This document shows positions 36,604 to 45,469 of a stretch of 64,000 bases of DNA, piece by piece. The stretch is from an uncultured Acidobacteriota bacterium (GTDB lineage Bacteria; Acidobacteriota; Terriglobia; Acidiferrales; UBA7541): contig CAVUBX010000003.1 in assembly GCA_963739935.1 (NCBI GenBank), positions 100,807 through 164,806 on the forward strand, given 5' to 3'. Made by a program: the position numbers and the translations under genes. Numbering within the stretch: the stretch's first letter is position 1; every line of letters begins with the position of its first letter. Under the pieces are notes generated by a model. The model was not told where the DNA came from. It did no database searches and saw only the letters and a program-made list of their open reading frames with translations.

Positions 36604-36788
36604 AGAGAGAAAGAACCATACCCCCTATGAGGGCAGTCTTCCCCACGGGGCCTGTCATTTCCGCAGAATTCAAGAGCCAAGGTGAAATCTGCCGCGCTAG
36701 CTCGGGAGGGAGCATTGCTTTACTGGTGGCAGGCAATTTCCACGCGTTCCATCAGACTGACGATGATCAATAACGCCATGTCTTCATT

Positions 36789-36956
36789 TTAGCAGTGCTT
36801 CAACGGCCTCTGATCGAGTACATGAGAACGATTGCCAGAAAGTCTGTCGGCCGTCAATTCGGAAATGCACCACCGAATAAATTCGTCAAGTTTCAGGGAA
36901 CGCGAACAGGCGGGACAAAAGGAGAGAGGCGCTCGGTAACATCGCACGCGCGACAT
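36789..36956 (-). CDS. unannotated 55-aa Cys-rich small protein (MSRVRCYRAPLSFCPACSRSLKLDEFIRWCISE...)
   Basis: An AGGAGG motif sits 8 nt upstream of the ATG. The C-x8-C-x2-C...C spacing suggests a zinc ribbon. It is below the ORF-track cutoff and is weakly supported. Confidence 0.3.
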   Translation of the reverse strand: MSRVRCYRAPLSFCPACSRSLKLDEFIRWCISELTADRLSGNRSHVLDQRPLKHC

Positions 36957-37221
36957 CACCAGCGCCTCCTCTACTGCGTCAACGTAAACCGTACCTCACT
37001 GGATCACCTCCTTCTCGGCAGGAAGCCGATATCGACCAGATGTCGAATAATCGGAGTATAACGCAGGATCGCGTGGTGTTGGAACAAGCCTTTCTTGCAA
37101 ATTTTTCGGGTTGGGCACGCAACGGTTACCGATAACCGCCTTCACAATCGCCTAATTGCGCCTCGCTATCATGCGGAGAGATTCATCCAGAGAGACGCCG
37201 CACGCATCCTCCAAAACCTGT

Positions 37222-38220
37222 TCACTGCGCGACCCACTTGTCGAGGCGCGATGCATACAAATTAGCCAGGTAGACGGCTTTCTCATCCGGACACGCAATT
37301 CCGTGAACCGAGTCGATCGTGCCGGGCATGCGTCCGGGGCGGCCGAAGGCCCCGAGTATCTTTCCGCTGAGGTCCACTTTGTACACGTGGCCCACACTCC
37401 CCACGAACATCACTTGCGACGGTCCATTAGTCAGGCAGAGCGCCCAAGGCGCAGTCGGAAAATTCCACACTGATTTCAGGTTGCCATCCGTATCAAAAAC
37501 CTGCACGCGGCTGTTGCCGCGATCCGCCACGTAGATCACATCATTGCTATCGATCACCAGGCTATGCGGCGTGTTGAAGTTTCCCGGCTGGGTGCCGCGT
37601 TCGCCCCACGCCTTCACGAAGTTTCCATCCTTGTCGAACTTCGCCACCCGCGAGTTGCCGTATCCATCCGAGACGAACATGCTGCCATCCTTGCTCCATC
37701 CGATATCGGTCTCCTGATAGAAGCTGGCTTTGTTCGGCACCGCGCCCGCGATCACATGCGTCAGGTAAGTCCACGGCTCCGGATTCGTCCCCAGCGTTCC
37801 CACCGTCCGCCCTTCGGAGTCGAAGCGGTAAATAATGTTGTCGGCCGCATCCACGTACCAGAGATTCCCTTGCGGATCGAATCGCAACTGGTGCGCGCCC
37901 GCAAACATGGTCGAGCCCTCGCCCCACGAGCGCACGAAACTCCCGTCGGATTTGAATTCCAGCACGGGGTGATAGCCCCGGTTCAGCGCCACAATTGTGC
38001 CGGTGGGGCCCACCGCAATGCCACTCACGCGTCCCACGATAGAGTTGGGCGGATAATGAAAAAAGTTCTCCACCAGATGAAACGCCAGTTGCGGGATCGG
38101 CGCTCGCGCCATGTGCCCGTCCTGCGCGTTCCCGCCTTCGCCCTGCGCTTTTATCCGCGCCGCCGGCCAAAGCGAAATCGCTGCGGCGCAAATCACTGAC
38201 ATCAGCAATAGGTTCTTCAT
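37222..38220 (-). CDS. secreted NHL-repeat beta-propeller protein (second paralogue)
   Basis: Start at MKNLLLMSVICAAAISLWP. NHL signatures include SDGYGNSRVAKFDKDGNF, ADRGNSRVQVFD and HGIACPDEKAVYLAN. Confidence 0.8.
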   Translation of the reverse strand: MKNLLLMSVICAAAISLWPAARIKAQGEGGNAQDGHMARAPIPQLAFHLVENFFHYPPNSIVGRVSGIAVGPTGTIVALNRGYHPVLEFKSDGSFVRSWGEGSTMFAGAHQLRFDPQGNLWYVDAADNIIYRFDSEGRTVGTLGTNPEPWTYLTHVIAGAVPNKASFYQETDIGWSKDGSMFVSDGYGNSRVAKFDKDGNFVKAWGERGTQPGNFNTPHSLVIDSNDVIYVADRGNSRVQVFDTDGNLKSVWNFPTAPWALCLTNGPSQVMFVGSVGHVYKVDLSGKILGAFGRPGRMPGTIDSVHGIACPDEKAVYLANLYASRLDKWVAQ

Positions 38221-38296
38221 GAAAGCCTCCACGCTGCTGCGTTGGGCAGGCATGTTAGGCCCGCTCCGTGGATATAGCAACAATGTCGATTACCTC

Positions 38297-39653
38297 GTGT
38301 CGGTAGCGCATGATATGTCCGGTGGAATTAGCAAATGAAATGTCCGCTTTTGCGGCGCGACTTGGGATAGAGGAACGTGCCGGAGGCAGGCATGGTTTTC
38401 TATCCCGAGTCCGCCGTGGAGCGGACGATGAAAATTCAGGAAGCGATTCTGCGAGCGATGGCGAAGAAGATCACTTGGAGCCAGGCGGCGGAGATCATCG
38501 GCATCAGCGACCGGCAGATGAGGCGCTGGTATGAGCGCTACCGCGAGTTTGGCTACGACGGGCTGTTTGACCGTCGCTGGCGGCGTCCCAGCCCGAAGCG
38601 GGTGCCGGTGGAGATGGTGGAACAGGTGCTGGGACTCTACCGCGAGAAGTACTCCGGCTTGAACGTGCAGCACTTCACGGAAAAGCTGCGCGAGCAGCAC
38701 AGCATCCGGCTGAGCTACACGTGGATTAAAACGGCGCTGCAAGGAGCCGGACTGGTGAGCAAGGGACGCTCGCGAGGGGTGCACCGTCGGCGGCGGGCGC
38801 GGCGGCCGTTGCCGGGCATGCTGTTGCATGTGGACGGCAGCCGCCACCGCTGGTTTCTCGACGATCGCTGGTACGACCTGCTGGTGGTGCTCGACGATGC
38901 CACAAGCGAGGTGTACTACGCGCAGTTGGTGGAGCAGGAATCGACGCGCACGGTGCTGGCGGCCCTGCGGGAGGTGGTCGAGCGCAAGGGCGCCTTCTGC
39001 GCGCTCTATAGCGATCGCGCGAGTCATTTCTTTGTCACACCACAAGCGGGCGGGAAAGTCGATCCCGAGCGGCTGACGCAAGTGGGACGGGCGCTGAAGG
39101 AGTTGGGCATGCAGATGATTCCGGCCTACTCGCCGCAGGCGCGCGGGCGCAGCGAACGCAACTTCGGGACTTGGCAGGGGCGCTTGCCGCAGGAGTTGCG
39201 TCTGAGGGGCATCACCACGGTGGAGAAAGCCAACCAGTTTTTGCGCGAGGAATATCTGGCTGAGTTCAATCGGCGTTTCTGTGTGCCTCCGGCACAGGCG
39301 GGAAGCGCGTTCCTGCCCTGCCGGCGGCGAGATCTGGATTTCATTTTTTCCATTCGGCACGAGCGCACCGTAGCGCGAGACAACACCATCGAACTCGGTG
39401 AGCGCACCTTGCAAATCGAAGCGGTAGGCTGGCGGGGCAGCTTGGCGTGTTGCCGGGTGCTGGTACACGAACATCTCGACGGCACCCTCACGGTGAGCTA
39501 TGGGCCGCACATCGTGGGGCGCTACAACGCACAAGGCTGGCCGTTGCTGGAAGGGAAACGGATGCGGCGGAAGGCCGTGGAAAAGCCGCTCCGCGGGAAA
39601 GCGCTTCGCTCACTTGCTACCAAAATCGGACATTTTAATTTGCTAACGACACA
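38297..39653 (+). mobile_element. ISNCY-like insertion sequence with imperfect terminal inverted repeats
   Basis: The left end is GTGTCGGTAGC...TTAGCAAATGAAATGTCCG (38297-38346). The reverse complement of the right end is GTGTCGTTAGCAAATTAAAATGTCCG (39627-39653). A single DDE transposase gene lies inside. No target-site duplication was seen. Confidence 0.75.
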
Positions 39654-39660
39654 AAACTGA
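38428..39660 (+). CDS. DDE transposase (ISNCY-family-like, HTH + rve integrase core)
   Basis: Has an N-terminal HTH (ITWSQAAEIIGISDRQMRRW). The integrase core has LLHVDGSRH, LVVLDDATSE and AYSPQARGRSER (the DDE triad context). An alternative start lies at 38377. Confidence 0.85.
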   Translation: MKIQEAILRAMAKKITWSQAAEIIGISDRQMRRWYERYREFGYDGLFDRRWRRPSPKRVPVEMVEQVLGLYREKYSGLNVQHFTEKLREQHSIRLSYTWIKTALQGAGLVSKGRSRGVHRRRRARRPLPGMLLHVDGSRHRWFLDDRWYDLLVVLDDATSEVYYAQLVEQESTRTVLAALREVVERKGAFCALYSDRASHFFVTPQAGGKVDPERLTQVGRALKELGMQMIPAYSPQARGRSERNFGTWQGRLPQELRLRGITTVEKANQFLREEYLAEFNRRFCVPPAQAGSAFLPCRRRDLDFIFSIRHERTVARDNTIELGERTLQIEAVGWRGSLACCRVLVHEHLDGTLTVSYGPHIVGRYNAQGWPLLEGKRMRRKAVEKPLRGKALRSLATKIGHFNLLTTQN

Positions 39661-39779
39661 GGAATAGCGGCTCGCTTGAACCTGCGAAGTCCTGGTAAAC
39701 GGGTACTCCGGGTCAGCAAATGCCGACATCTGTCGCGGAGATGCCTTCTGGACGTCACCGAGATAGGACCGTCGGCGGC

Positions 39780-40280
39780 CTAGGTAGGGTTTACACGGAA
39801 AACAGTTGACGCCGAGACCGTAGGAACCTTCCATTCGGGATATTTTTTCCCCTTAGCCTGGAGCACGGCGGCTTTTTCGGATGGATCGCTCACAACCGAT
39901 AAGGTACGGTCAAACACTTGGTCAGCGATTTTGAGCCGCACGTGAGGATCACGGATTATGTCTTCAACCCATAGTCTGCCGCGATAAGATGTGACATAGA
40001 GATTGCCGTCATATACGGCGCACCAAATGGTCACCGAGTGAGGCAGCAGAAACGGAGTCTGGGTTTGAATCTTGATTAATTTGATCTTGTCTGTGAACGA
40101 CCAGTCGGTGGCTGCGTTAGTGACGGGTTCTCCCTTCAGCCAAAGTCCTGGTACTTTGCACGACCAAGCTCTATCGGTCGGGGCGCACAGCTTTGGCTCG
40201 AAACCCGTGACACGCAGTATCAGCAGGAGCGCGACCAACGCAATTATCACTGATCCAACAATCTTTAAGAGTTTCTTCAT
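39780..40280 (-). CDS. membrane-anchored PNPOx-like / Ddn (DUF385)-like split-barrel protein, paralogue 1 of 4
   Basis: Start at MKKLLKIV followed by one TM helix. Shared motifs are LRVTGFEP, PGLWLKG, TDWSF, LLPHSVT, NLYVTS, DPHVRLKI and KKYPEWKVP. Confidence 0.7.
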   Translation of the reverse strand: MKKLLKIVGSVIIALVALLLILRVTGFEPKLCAPTDRAWSCKVPGLWLKGEPVTNAATDWSFTDKIKLIKIQTQTPFLLPHSVTIWCAVYDGNLYVTSYRGRLWVEDIIRDPHVRLKIADQVFDRTLSVVSDPSEKAAVLQAKGKKYPEWKVPTVSASTVFRVNPT

Positions 40281-40404
40281 ACCGGCTCCGATAAACGGAG
40301 CGAAGTCTAACATTGTGCCGACTTGCGGACAAGGATGCGCGTCGTGGATCAAGCTAGGATTCGAAGAATCATTGCCATGCCTGGAAACCGGGCGCTTCTT
40401 CTGC

Positions 40405-40920
40405 TTACCCCCCATGTCCACGTGAAACTGCGTGAAACAGATGCATCACTCCGCCGCCGTTTGAAGCCGCAGGCTGCGCTCTCGAGCCGAGAACGGCCGC
40501 TATCTCCGCCGGATCGCTGACCAGCGACAAAACACAGTCGTATAAGTTGTCGCCGAACTTAAGACGGACATGCGAGTCACGCATCACATCGGAAACCCAC
40601 AGCTTGCCTTGTGGGAACGGCGTTCCCGCGCGGAACATCGATGTCAAATAAAGCTGACCGTTATAGACGATGAAACCTGTAGTTACCGAATGCGGAATCA
40701 AAAACCAAGTTCGTGTCTGCACTTTGTCGGTCTGATATTTGGTTGCGAACAACCAATCAGTCACGGGAGTGGCTATTACCTGCCCGCTGAGCCATAACCC
40801 AGGATAGTTTCCAGGACCCGGTGTATTTCCGATTGGGTTAAGGCCAGTGATCCGCAGAACTACCAATACCAGAGCTAAGCCGAGCACGATCACCACTGCA
40901 ATCTTGGCTGCTACCTTCAT
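40405..40920 (-). CDS. membrane-anchored PNPOx-like / Ddn (DUF385)-like split-barrel protein, paralogue 2 of 4
   Basis: Starts MKVAAKIAVVIV with a TM helix. Shared motifs are LRITGLNP, PGLWLSG, VTDWLF, LIPHSVT, QLYLTS and DSHVRLKFGDNLYD. Confidence 0.7.
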   Translation of the reverse strand: MKVAAKIAVVIVLGLALVLVVLRITGLNPIGNTPGPGNYPGLWLSGQVIATPVTDWLFATKYQTDKVQTRTWFLIPHSVTTGFIVYNGQLYLTSMFRAGTPFPQGKLWVSDVMRDSHVRLKFGDNLYDCVLSLVSDPAEIAAVLGSRAQPAASNGGGVMHLFHAVSRGHGG

Positions 40921-41247
40921 CTTGGGATCCTAAGCGCGAGAATTTCTTCTGTACGAATAAAGCTGGGGTTTGTTATCGGAATTCTCTACAAGCATGATTA
41001 GAGTCTAACATTTCCCGAAGGGCGCTGATAAGCCCATTATGAGCGCGAATTGAAGATCTGCGAGCGAAGCCATGCATGCATCGGCCTAAAACGTTCTTGA
41101 GGGTTTCTGTGTGGGCTGCGAGCGGCACCGTGAGGACTATGATTTCCGCAGATTTTATTGTGTCGGATGAGACCAGAGGTTCGTTTCAAGCGCAGAGTGA
41201 ACTTCTGCTCCTGCCTCCCGAAGGGGCACATCGATAATCTGGCAGTC

Positions 41248-41880
41248 CTAAGGTTTATTCTCAGGGATAAGGCCCGCCAAACTCGGAGATGGCTGACTAC
41301 CGCCGTACTCCGGGATGTTTCTTTGGAAAACACGATAGACATGGTCGTAGCCTGCAACATGGTCTTGCCCGTCGGGGCCCTTCTCTACCGTTTCAGGGTT
41401 CCTGCCCAAAAAGGCGATAGCTTCGGCACGATCCGCGACCAATACCATGGTCGCTTCGTATAACTTATTGCCGATCTTTATACGCACGCGCGGATCACGG
41501 GCCACATTTGCTGTCCAGGACTTGTCATGTGGAAACGGCACGTCCATTCGATCCTGATGCGAACGAATGAAGAGCTCGCCGTTGCGCACGCTAGGCATCG
41601 TCCGGACCGAGTGGGGAATGAAATAGGGCGTTCGCGTCTCGATCAGGACGGTGTTTAGGCTACGTCCGGGGTGAGGTACTTGCTCAACGAATGACCAATC
41701 CGTGACGGGCGTGGTGACGACTTCGCCTTTCAGCCACAAGCCGGGGCGGGCAATCATGTGGTGAGCGCGAAGTTGGTCCAAGTCGAGGTATTCCGGTTCA
41801 AGACCGGTAACGCGGAGCGTCAAGAGCGCTACCGCCAGGATAGCCACGATTGCCACGCTCACTACTTTTAATATTTTCAT
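41248..41880 (-). CDS. membrane-anchored PNPOx-like / Ddn (DUF385)-like split-barrel protein, paralogue 3 of 4 (longer C-terminus)
   Basis: Starts MKILKVVSVAIV with a TM helix. Shared motifs are LRVTGLEP, PGLWLKG, VTDWSF, FIPHSVRT and DPRVRIKIGNKLYE. Confidence 0.7.
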   Translation of the reverse strand: MKILKVVSVAIVAILAVALLTLRVTGLEPEYLDLDQLRAHHMIARPGLWLKGEVVTTPVTDWSFVEQVPHPGRSLNTVLIETRTPYFIPHSVRTMPSVRNGELFIRSHQDRMDVPFPHDKSWTANVARDPRVRIKIGNKLYEATMVLVADRAEAIAFLGRNPETVEKGPDGQDHVAGYDHVYRVFQRNIPEYGGSQPSPSLAGLIPENKP

Positions 41881-42339
41881 TTTCCGTTTCTCGATTCCTT
41901 ACGATCGTCTCGCGCGATGCTACACCACCGACGGGCTGTCTGCAAAAGTTCGTCTTGCCGAACGAGCGCGCGGATTCAAAGACCTCACCGATGAGAAATC
42001 GAGGGAATGCCTAAAAATGACTTCGGCTCTCGATTGGCCCCGCTATGGTAGCGAATTCATTTTATCGAAGGCAAAAGAAACGTTACCATACGCGGTGGAG
42101 AAGGAAAGACGCTGGGGGAAATTATCCTCGGACTACCGGTTTACCCGGGTTGGGCGCTGCCAGCACGGCGTGCTATGACAAATATGAACAGTTCAGCGTC
42201 AACGAGGCCGAATTACGCAACGTCTTACCGGCAAGGCGTCCGAAAAATCGGCTTTTGAGCGCGCTGCGCATGGAATGTTCTCCGATCTTTGTTGGTCGAT
42301 CCATGTTCTTGTAAGGAGTGTCAAATTGAAGAGGCAGTT

Positions 42340-42819
42340 ATGAAGATGCTCTTAAAAATAGTAGTAGCAATCCTAGTTTGCTTAGCGTTGTTGTTGGTCG
42401 CGTTGCGCATCACGGGACTTAACCCGCATGACGGAATCCCCGGTCTGTGGCTCACAGGAAATGTTGACACCACTCGGGTCACCGATTGGTCGTTCACCAA
42501 TAAAGTTCCCACAATCAAGCTGCAGACCCAAAGTCGATTTCTGCTCCCGCACTCCGTGACAATCAATTGTCTCGCTTACAATGGTCAGCTTTACGTCACT
42601 TCCGTGTATCCGGCAGGACCGCCGAGGAGCTGGAATGAGAATGTGATGCGAGACCCCCACGTACGTATAAAAATCGGAGATAAGCTCTACGACCGTACGC
42701 TGGTTGTGGTTACCGATCAGACCGAGATCGAGGGCGTGCTCCAGGCGAGAGTGAAGAAGTACCCGCAGTTGAAAGTTCCGGCGAATGCGACGGTACATGT
42801 ATTTCACGTTATCGGCTGA
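42340..42819 (+). CDS. membrane-anchored PNPOx-like / Ddn (DUF385)-like split-barrel protein, paralogue 4 of 4
   Basis: Start at MKMLLKIVVAILV with a TM helix. Shared motifs are LRITGLNP, PGLWLTG, VTDWSF, LLPHSVT, QLYVTS, DPHVRIKIGDKLYD and KKYPQLKVP. Confidence 0.7.
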   Translation: MKMLLKIVVAILVCLALLLVALRITGLNPHDGIPGLWLTGNVDTTRVTDWSFTNKVPTIKLQTQSRFLLPHSVTINCLAYNGQLYVTSVYPAGPPRSWNENVMRDPHVRIKIGDKLYDRTLVVVTDQTEIEGVLQARVKKYPQLKVPANATVHVFHVIG

Positions 42820-42831
42820 CCAGGGTCCTGG

Positions 42832-43739
42832 ATGAAGATCGTCATCACCGGCGCCAATAGCGCTGTCGGTCAGGCCATCCTGCGATGCGGACGGAAACTC
42901 GAGGTTACGACAACCACTTTGGTCGCTGCGGTCCGTTCTGCACGCGCTGCCGAACAGATCCGCTCGGAGTCCGGTAATGCCGACAGCGTGGTCCGAATCT
43001 TGTACGATGACCCGGCTAGTCTCGAAGGAGCGTTTCAGGGCGCTTCCGCAGTTATCCACCTCGCGGGAATTCTCGTCGAAACCCCGGATTCGACTTATGA
43101 GCAGGCCAATGTTGCGTCAACTCGGGGCGTCGTGGAAGCCGCGAAGCGAATGCGGGGTGCAGAAAATCGTCTTGGTGAGCGCGACGGGGGCCGATGAGAC
43201 GTCTCGCAATCGATACTACCGCACCAAAGGGCAGGCGGAGGCTCTCGTTCGCACATCAGGATTGAATTATACGGTGCTCCGCGCCCCGCTTTTGCTTGGT
43301 CCCGGCACTGCCGGCGCGGCGACACTTGGGCGCCACGTAAACCAAAGCCGGCCCAAGCTGATCGGCGGCGGCCGCAATCTTCAGCAGCCTCTCTGTGTAG
43401 ATGATTTAGCACGAGCTGCACTGGCCGCCACAAAACCATCGGTTGCGAACAACCTTGTTTTGGACCTGGTTGGCCCTGTCTCCCTGCCGGAGCGGGAACT
43501 CGTAGAGCGCGCTGCCCGCTTGCTAGGTCGCCAGGTCCGGATCGGTTCGATTCCAAAGCACTGGGCTTCGTTGGTGTCTGGCCATCCGACAGCGCCTCGG
43601 TAAACCCGGCTTTTCGCGGGACGCTCTCGACGTAATCACCGCGGACACGGGTCTCGATCCGCAGCCGGCCGCGTCTGCTCTCGGAATCGAACTCACCGGA
43701 ATTGACGAAATGATCAAAAACAGCTTAGGCCAAGGATGA
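42832..43739 (+). pseudogene. NAD(P)-binding SDR/NmrA-like (NDUFA9-like) protein, reading frame broken twice
   Basis: Has the N-terminus MKIVITGANSAVGQ and a YYRTK (YxxxK) motif. The product is spread over three frames: 42832-43150, 43150-43580 and 43580-43739, the last ending ...ALGIELTGIDEMIKNSLGQG. Frame changes fall near 43148-43156 and 43570-43600. Confidence 0.7.
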
Positions 43740-43743
43740 CAAA

Positions 43744-44722
43744 ATGAGTGAGACCGTCCCAACCACCAGTGCATCTTCAATCCCAACCAGCAAAAAGGCG
43801 AAGCCATGGCAGCGGATTTTGCCATTCGCCATTACGGCAGCTTGCTTTGCCTATCTTTATACCCGTCTCAGGGCCGCCGCTGCGGCTGAAGGCAGCGGGC
43901 TGCTGGCCTACCTCTTAAAAAGCTTCGAGAATGTAAACTGGCTTCATTGGCTAGCGTTGGTGATTCCATACTGTTTCCTTTATCTCCTGATTGACAGCCT
44001 GGTTGTTTGGACCGTGATCAACTGGTTCAACGCAAAAATCCGCTACGCGGATATCCTGCCGATTCGGGCCAGCGCCTATATTCTTTCCTTGCTGAACGAA
44101 CAAGTCAGCAAGGGCGCCATCGCTCTCTATCTCAACCGCAGGGACGGTTTACCAGGCTGGGAAATCGGCTCCAGCATGCTTTTCCTCATGTTTTGTGAAT
44201 ATTACAGCCTGATACTATGGGCGTCCATCGGCGCGCTGTTGCGATGGAATAGCATTCAGACTGTTTTTCACATCATCCCTTGGATCGCCTTGGGCTCCGG
44301 CATATTCTTCGTGTTTTTCCATCTCTTCTTCAGCGGGAAAAATCGGCTCGGGGATCGCGTTGCGCGAGCGCCAGATCTTCCGCGCGTTCCGGCTGGCTAA
44401 GGTGTGGCATTACGGAGCGGTGATTGCGATGCGCGCGCCGCTGGTCATCGCCGGCGTGATTGTTTATACCCTGGCTTTAAGGCTCTTCGGAGGCACAGTC
44501 GGCTTTGGCGAAATGCTGGGATATCTGCCGGTGATTTTCTTCGGCGCGGCCATACCCGGGCCGATGCACTCGGTCGCTATCCTCTTCTGGGTTCTGCTCT
44601 TTCCAGACAAGCCCGGACAGATGACGGCGTTTGGATTCGTCATGCATAATTTCTTCATCTTCTTTAATGCCGGAGTCGGCCTGCTATTTCTCCGGCGAGC
44701 GAGCCGGGAGATGTTCGCGTAG
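43744..44722 (+). pseudogene. multi-pass membrane protein (possibly flippase-like/UPF0104), frameshifted
   Basis: ORFs 43744..44400 and 44360..44722 are contiguous hydrophobic halves in different frames. The junction lies near an A5 run at 44338-44342. The family call is tentative. Confidence 0.45.
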
Positions 44723-45230
44723 CCTGCTGGACATCAGGCGCTGGCCCATCGATACCAGAGTGCTCAGAACCAGCATCCAGACCAGGACGGTAAGCAAGGG
44801 TCGAAACCAGGATGCGCCCAATCGAATGAGAATCTCCAGGCAAGGCGGGACGAAATACAGCATGCCGTTATAGCGCCCAAGCTTGCTCCCGCGGAGCCTC
44901 GCCTGTCGATGGATCCAGTAAGAATCGATGACGTACTGCGAAAAGGCCGCGACGATCAGGACCGGCAGAATCCATGGAAACACTCCGCGAAGTGCACCGG
45001 CAAATAATCCGCTCGTGACAAACAGAAAATCGGTAGTGTGATCGAAGAGTCCCGCTCCACGCGGTCACCGTACCTCTGCGGCGCGCGATGGGTCCATCCA
45101 GGAAATCCGTAATCAGAGCCACGGCCCACACGACCAAAGCGAAAACCGCAGAACGCACATCTCCTTTGGCCATGAAGAACGCAAATGGGACCACCAGAAG
45201 CAGGCGAACAGCCGTCAGGGCATTAGCCAT
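44684..45230 (-). pseudogene. CDP-alcohol phosphatidyltransferase family protein, frameshifted
   Basis: The motif DFLDGPIARRRGTVTA is in one frame and GAGLFDHTTDFLFV...FPWILPVLIVAAF in another. The junction lies near 45050-45062. Confidence 0.7.
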
Positions 45231-45395
45231 CGGGCATCCAAACGCTGACGAGATTGTTCAGCATTTTTCTCGCTGGAAAACACGTTTCTGATTCTCGCAC
45301 ATTGTAAACACGCCGCGACATTCGTCACAGCATTCGCGCTGCAGCCGAAATTTGCTGCCGCCGGGCGCCATAGATTTACAATCACTCCGTTAAAG

Positions 45396-45424
45396 TTGAC
45401 AGTACTGGGGTCGGCGCATATCCT
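45396..45424 (+). promoter_or_regulatory. candidate sigma-70-type promoter upstream of cofG (TTGACA-17 nt-TATCCT)
   Basis: The hexamers were read directly at 45396-45401 and 45419-45424, about 45 nt upstream of the cofG ATG. There is no experimental support. Confidence 0.35.
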
Positions 45425-45469
45425 TTTATCTGGGCCAGTTTCAACGGGAGATTTTCTAAAGGCATCCCA

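Noticed and set aside
37001-37013. GGATCACCTCCTT, identical to the 3-prime end of 16S rRNA, as a possible rRNA fragment.
   Set aside because: There is no further 16S-like sequence on either side. It is more simply the complement of a strong Shine-Dalgarno sequence on the minus strand.
38290-39534. A 414-aa minus-strand ORF inside the IS element.
   Set aside because: It is antisense to the transposase gene, which has clear HTH and DDE integrase-core motifs. No motif is seen in the antisense product.
41037-41360. A 107-aa minus-strand ORF between paralogues 2 and 3.
   Set aside because: It overlaps the 3-prime end of paralogue 3 in another frame and has no motif or ribosome-binding site. It is probably non-coding.
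43540-43560. The GGTTCGATTCC T-loop-like sequence, suggesting a tRNA.
   Set aside because: The flanking bases cannot form a T-stem or an acceptor stem. The sequence lies inside the reading frame of the SDR-like gene (RIGSIPKHW).
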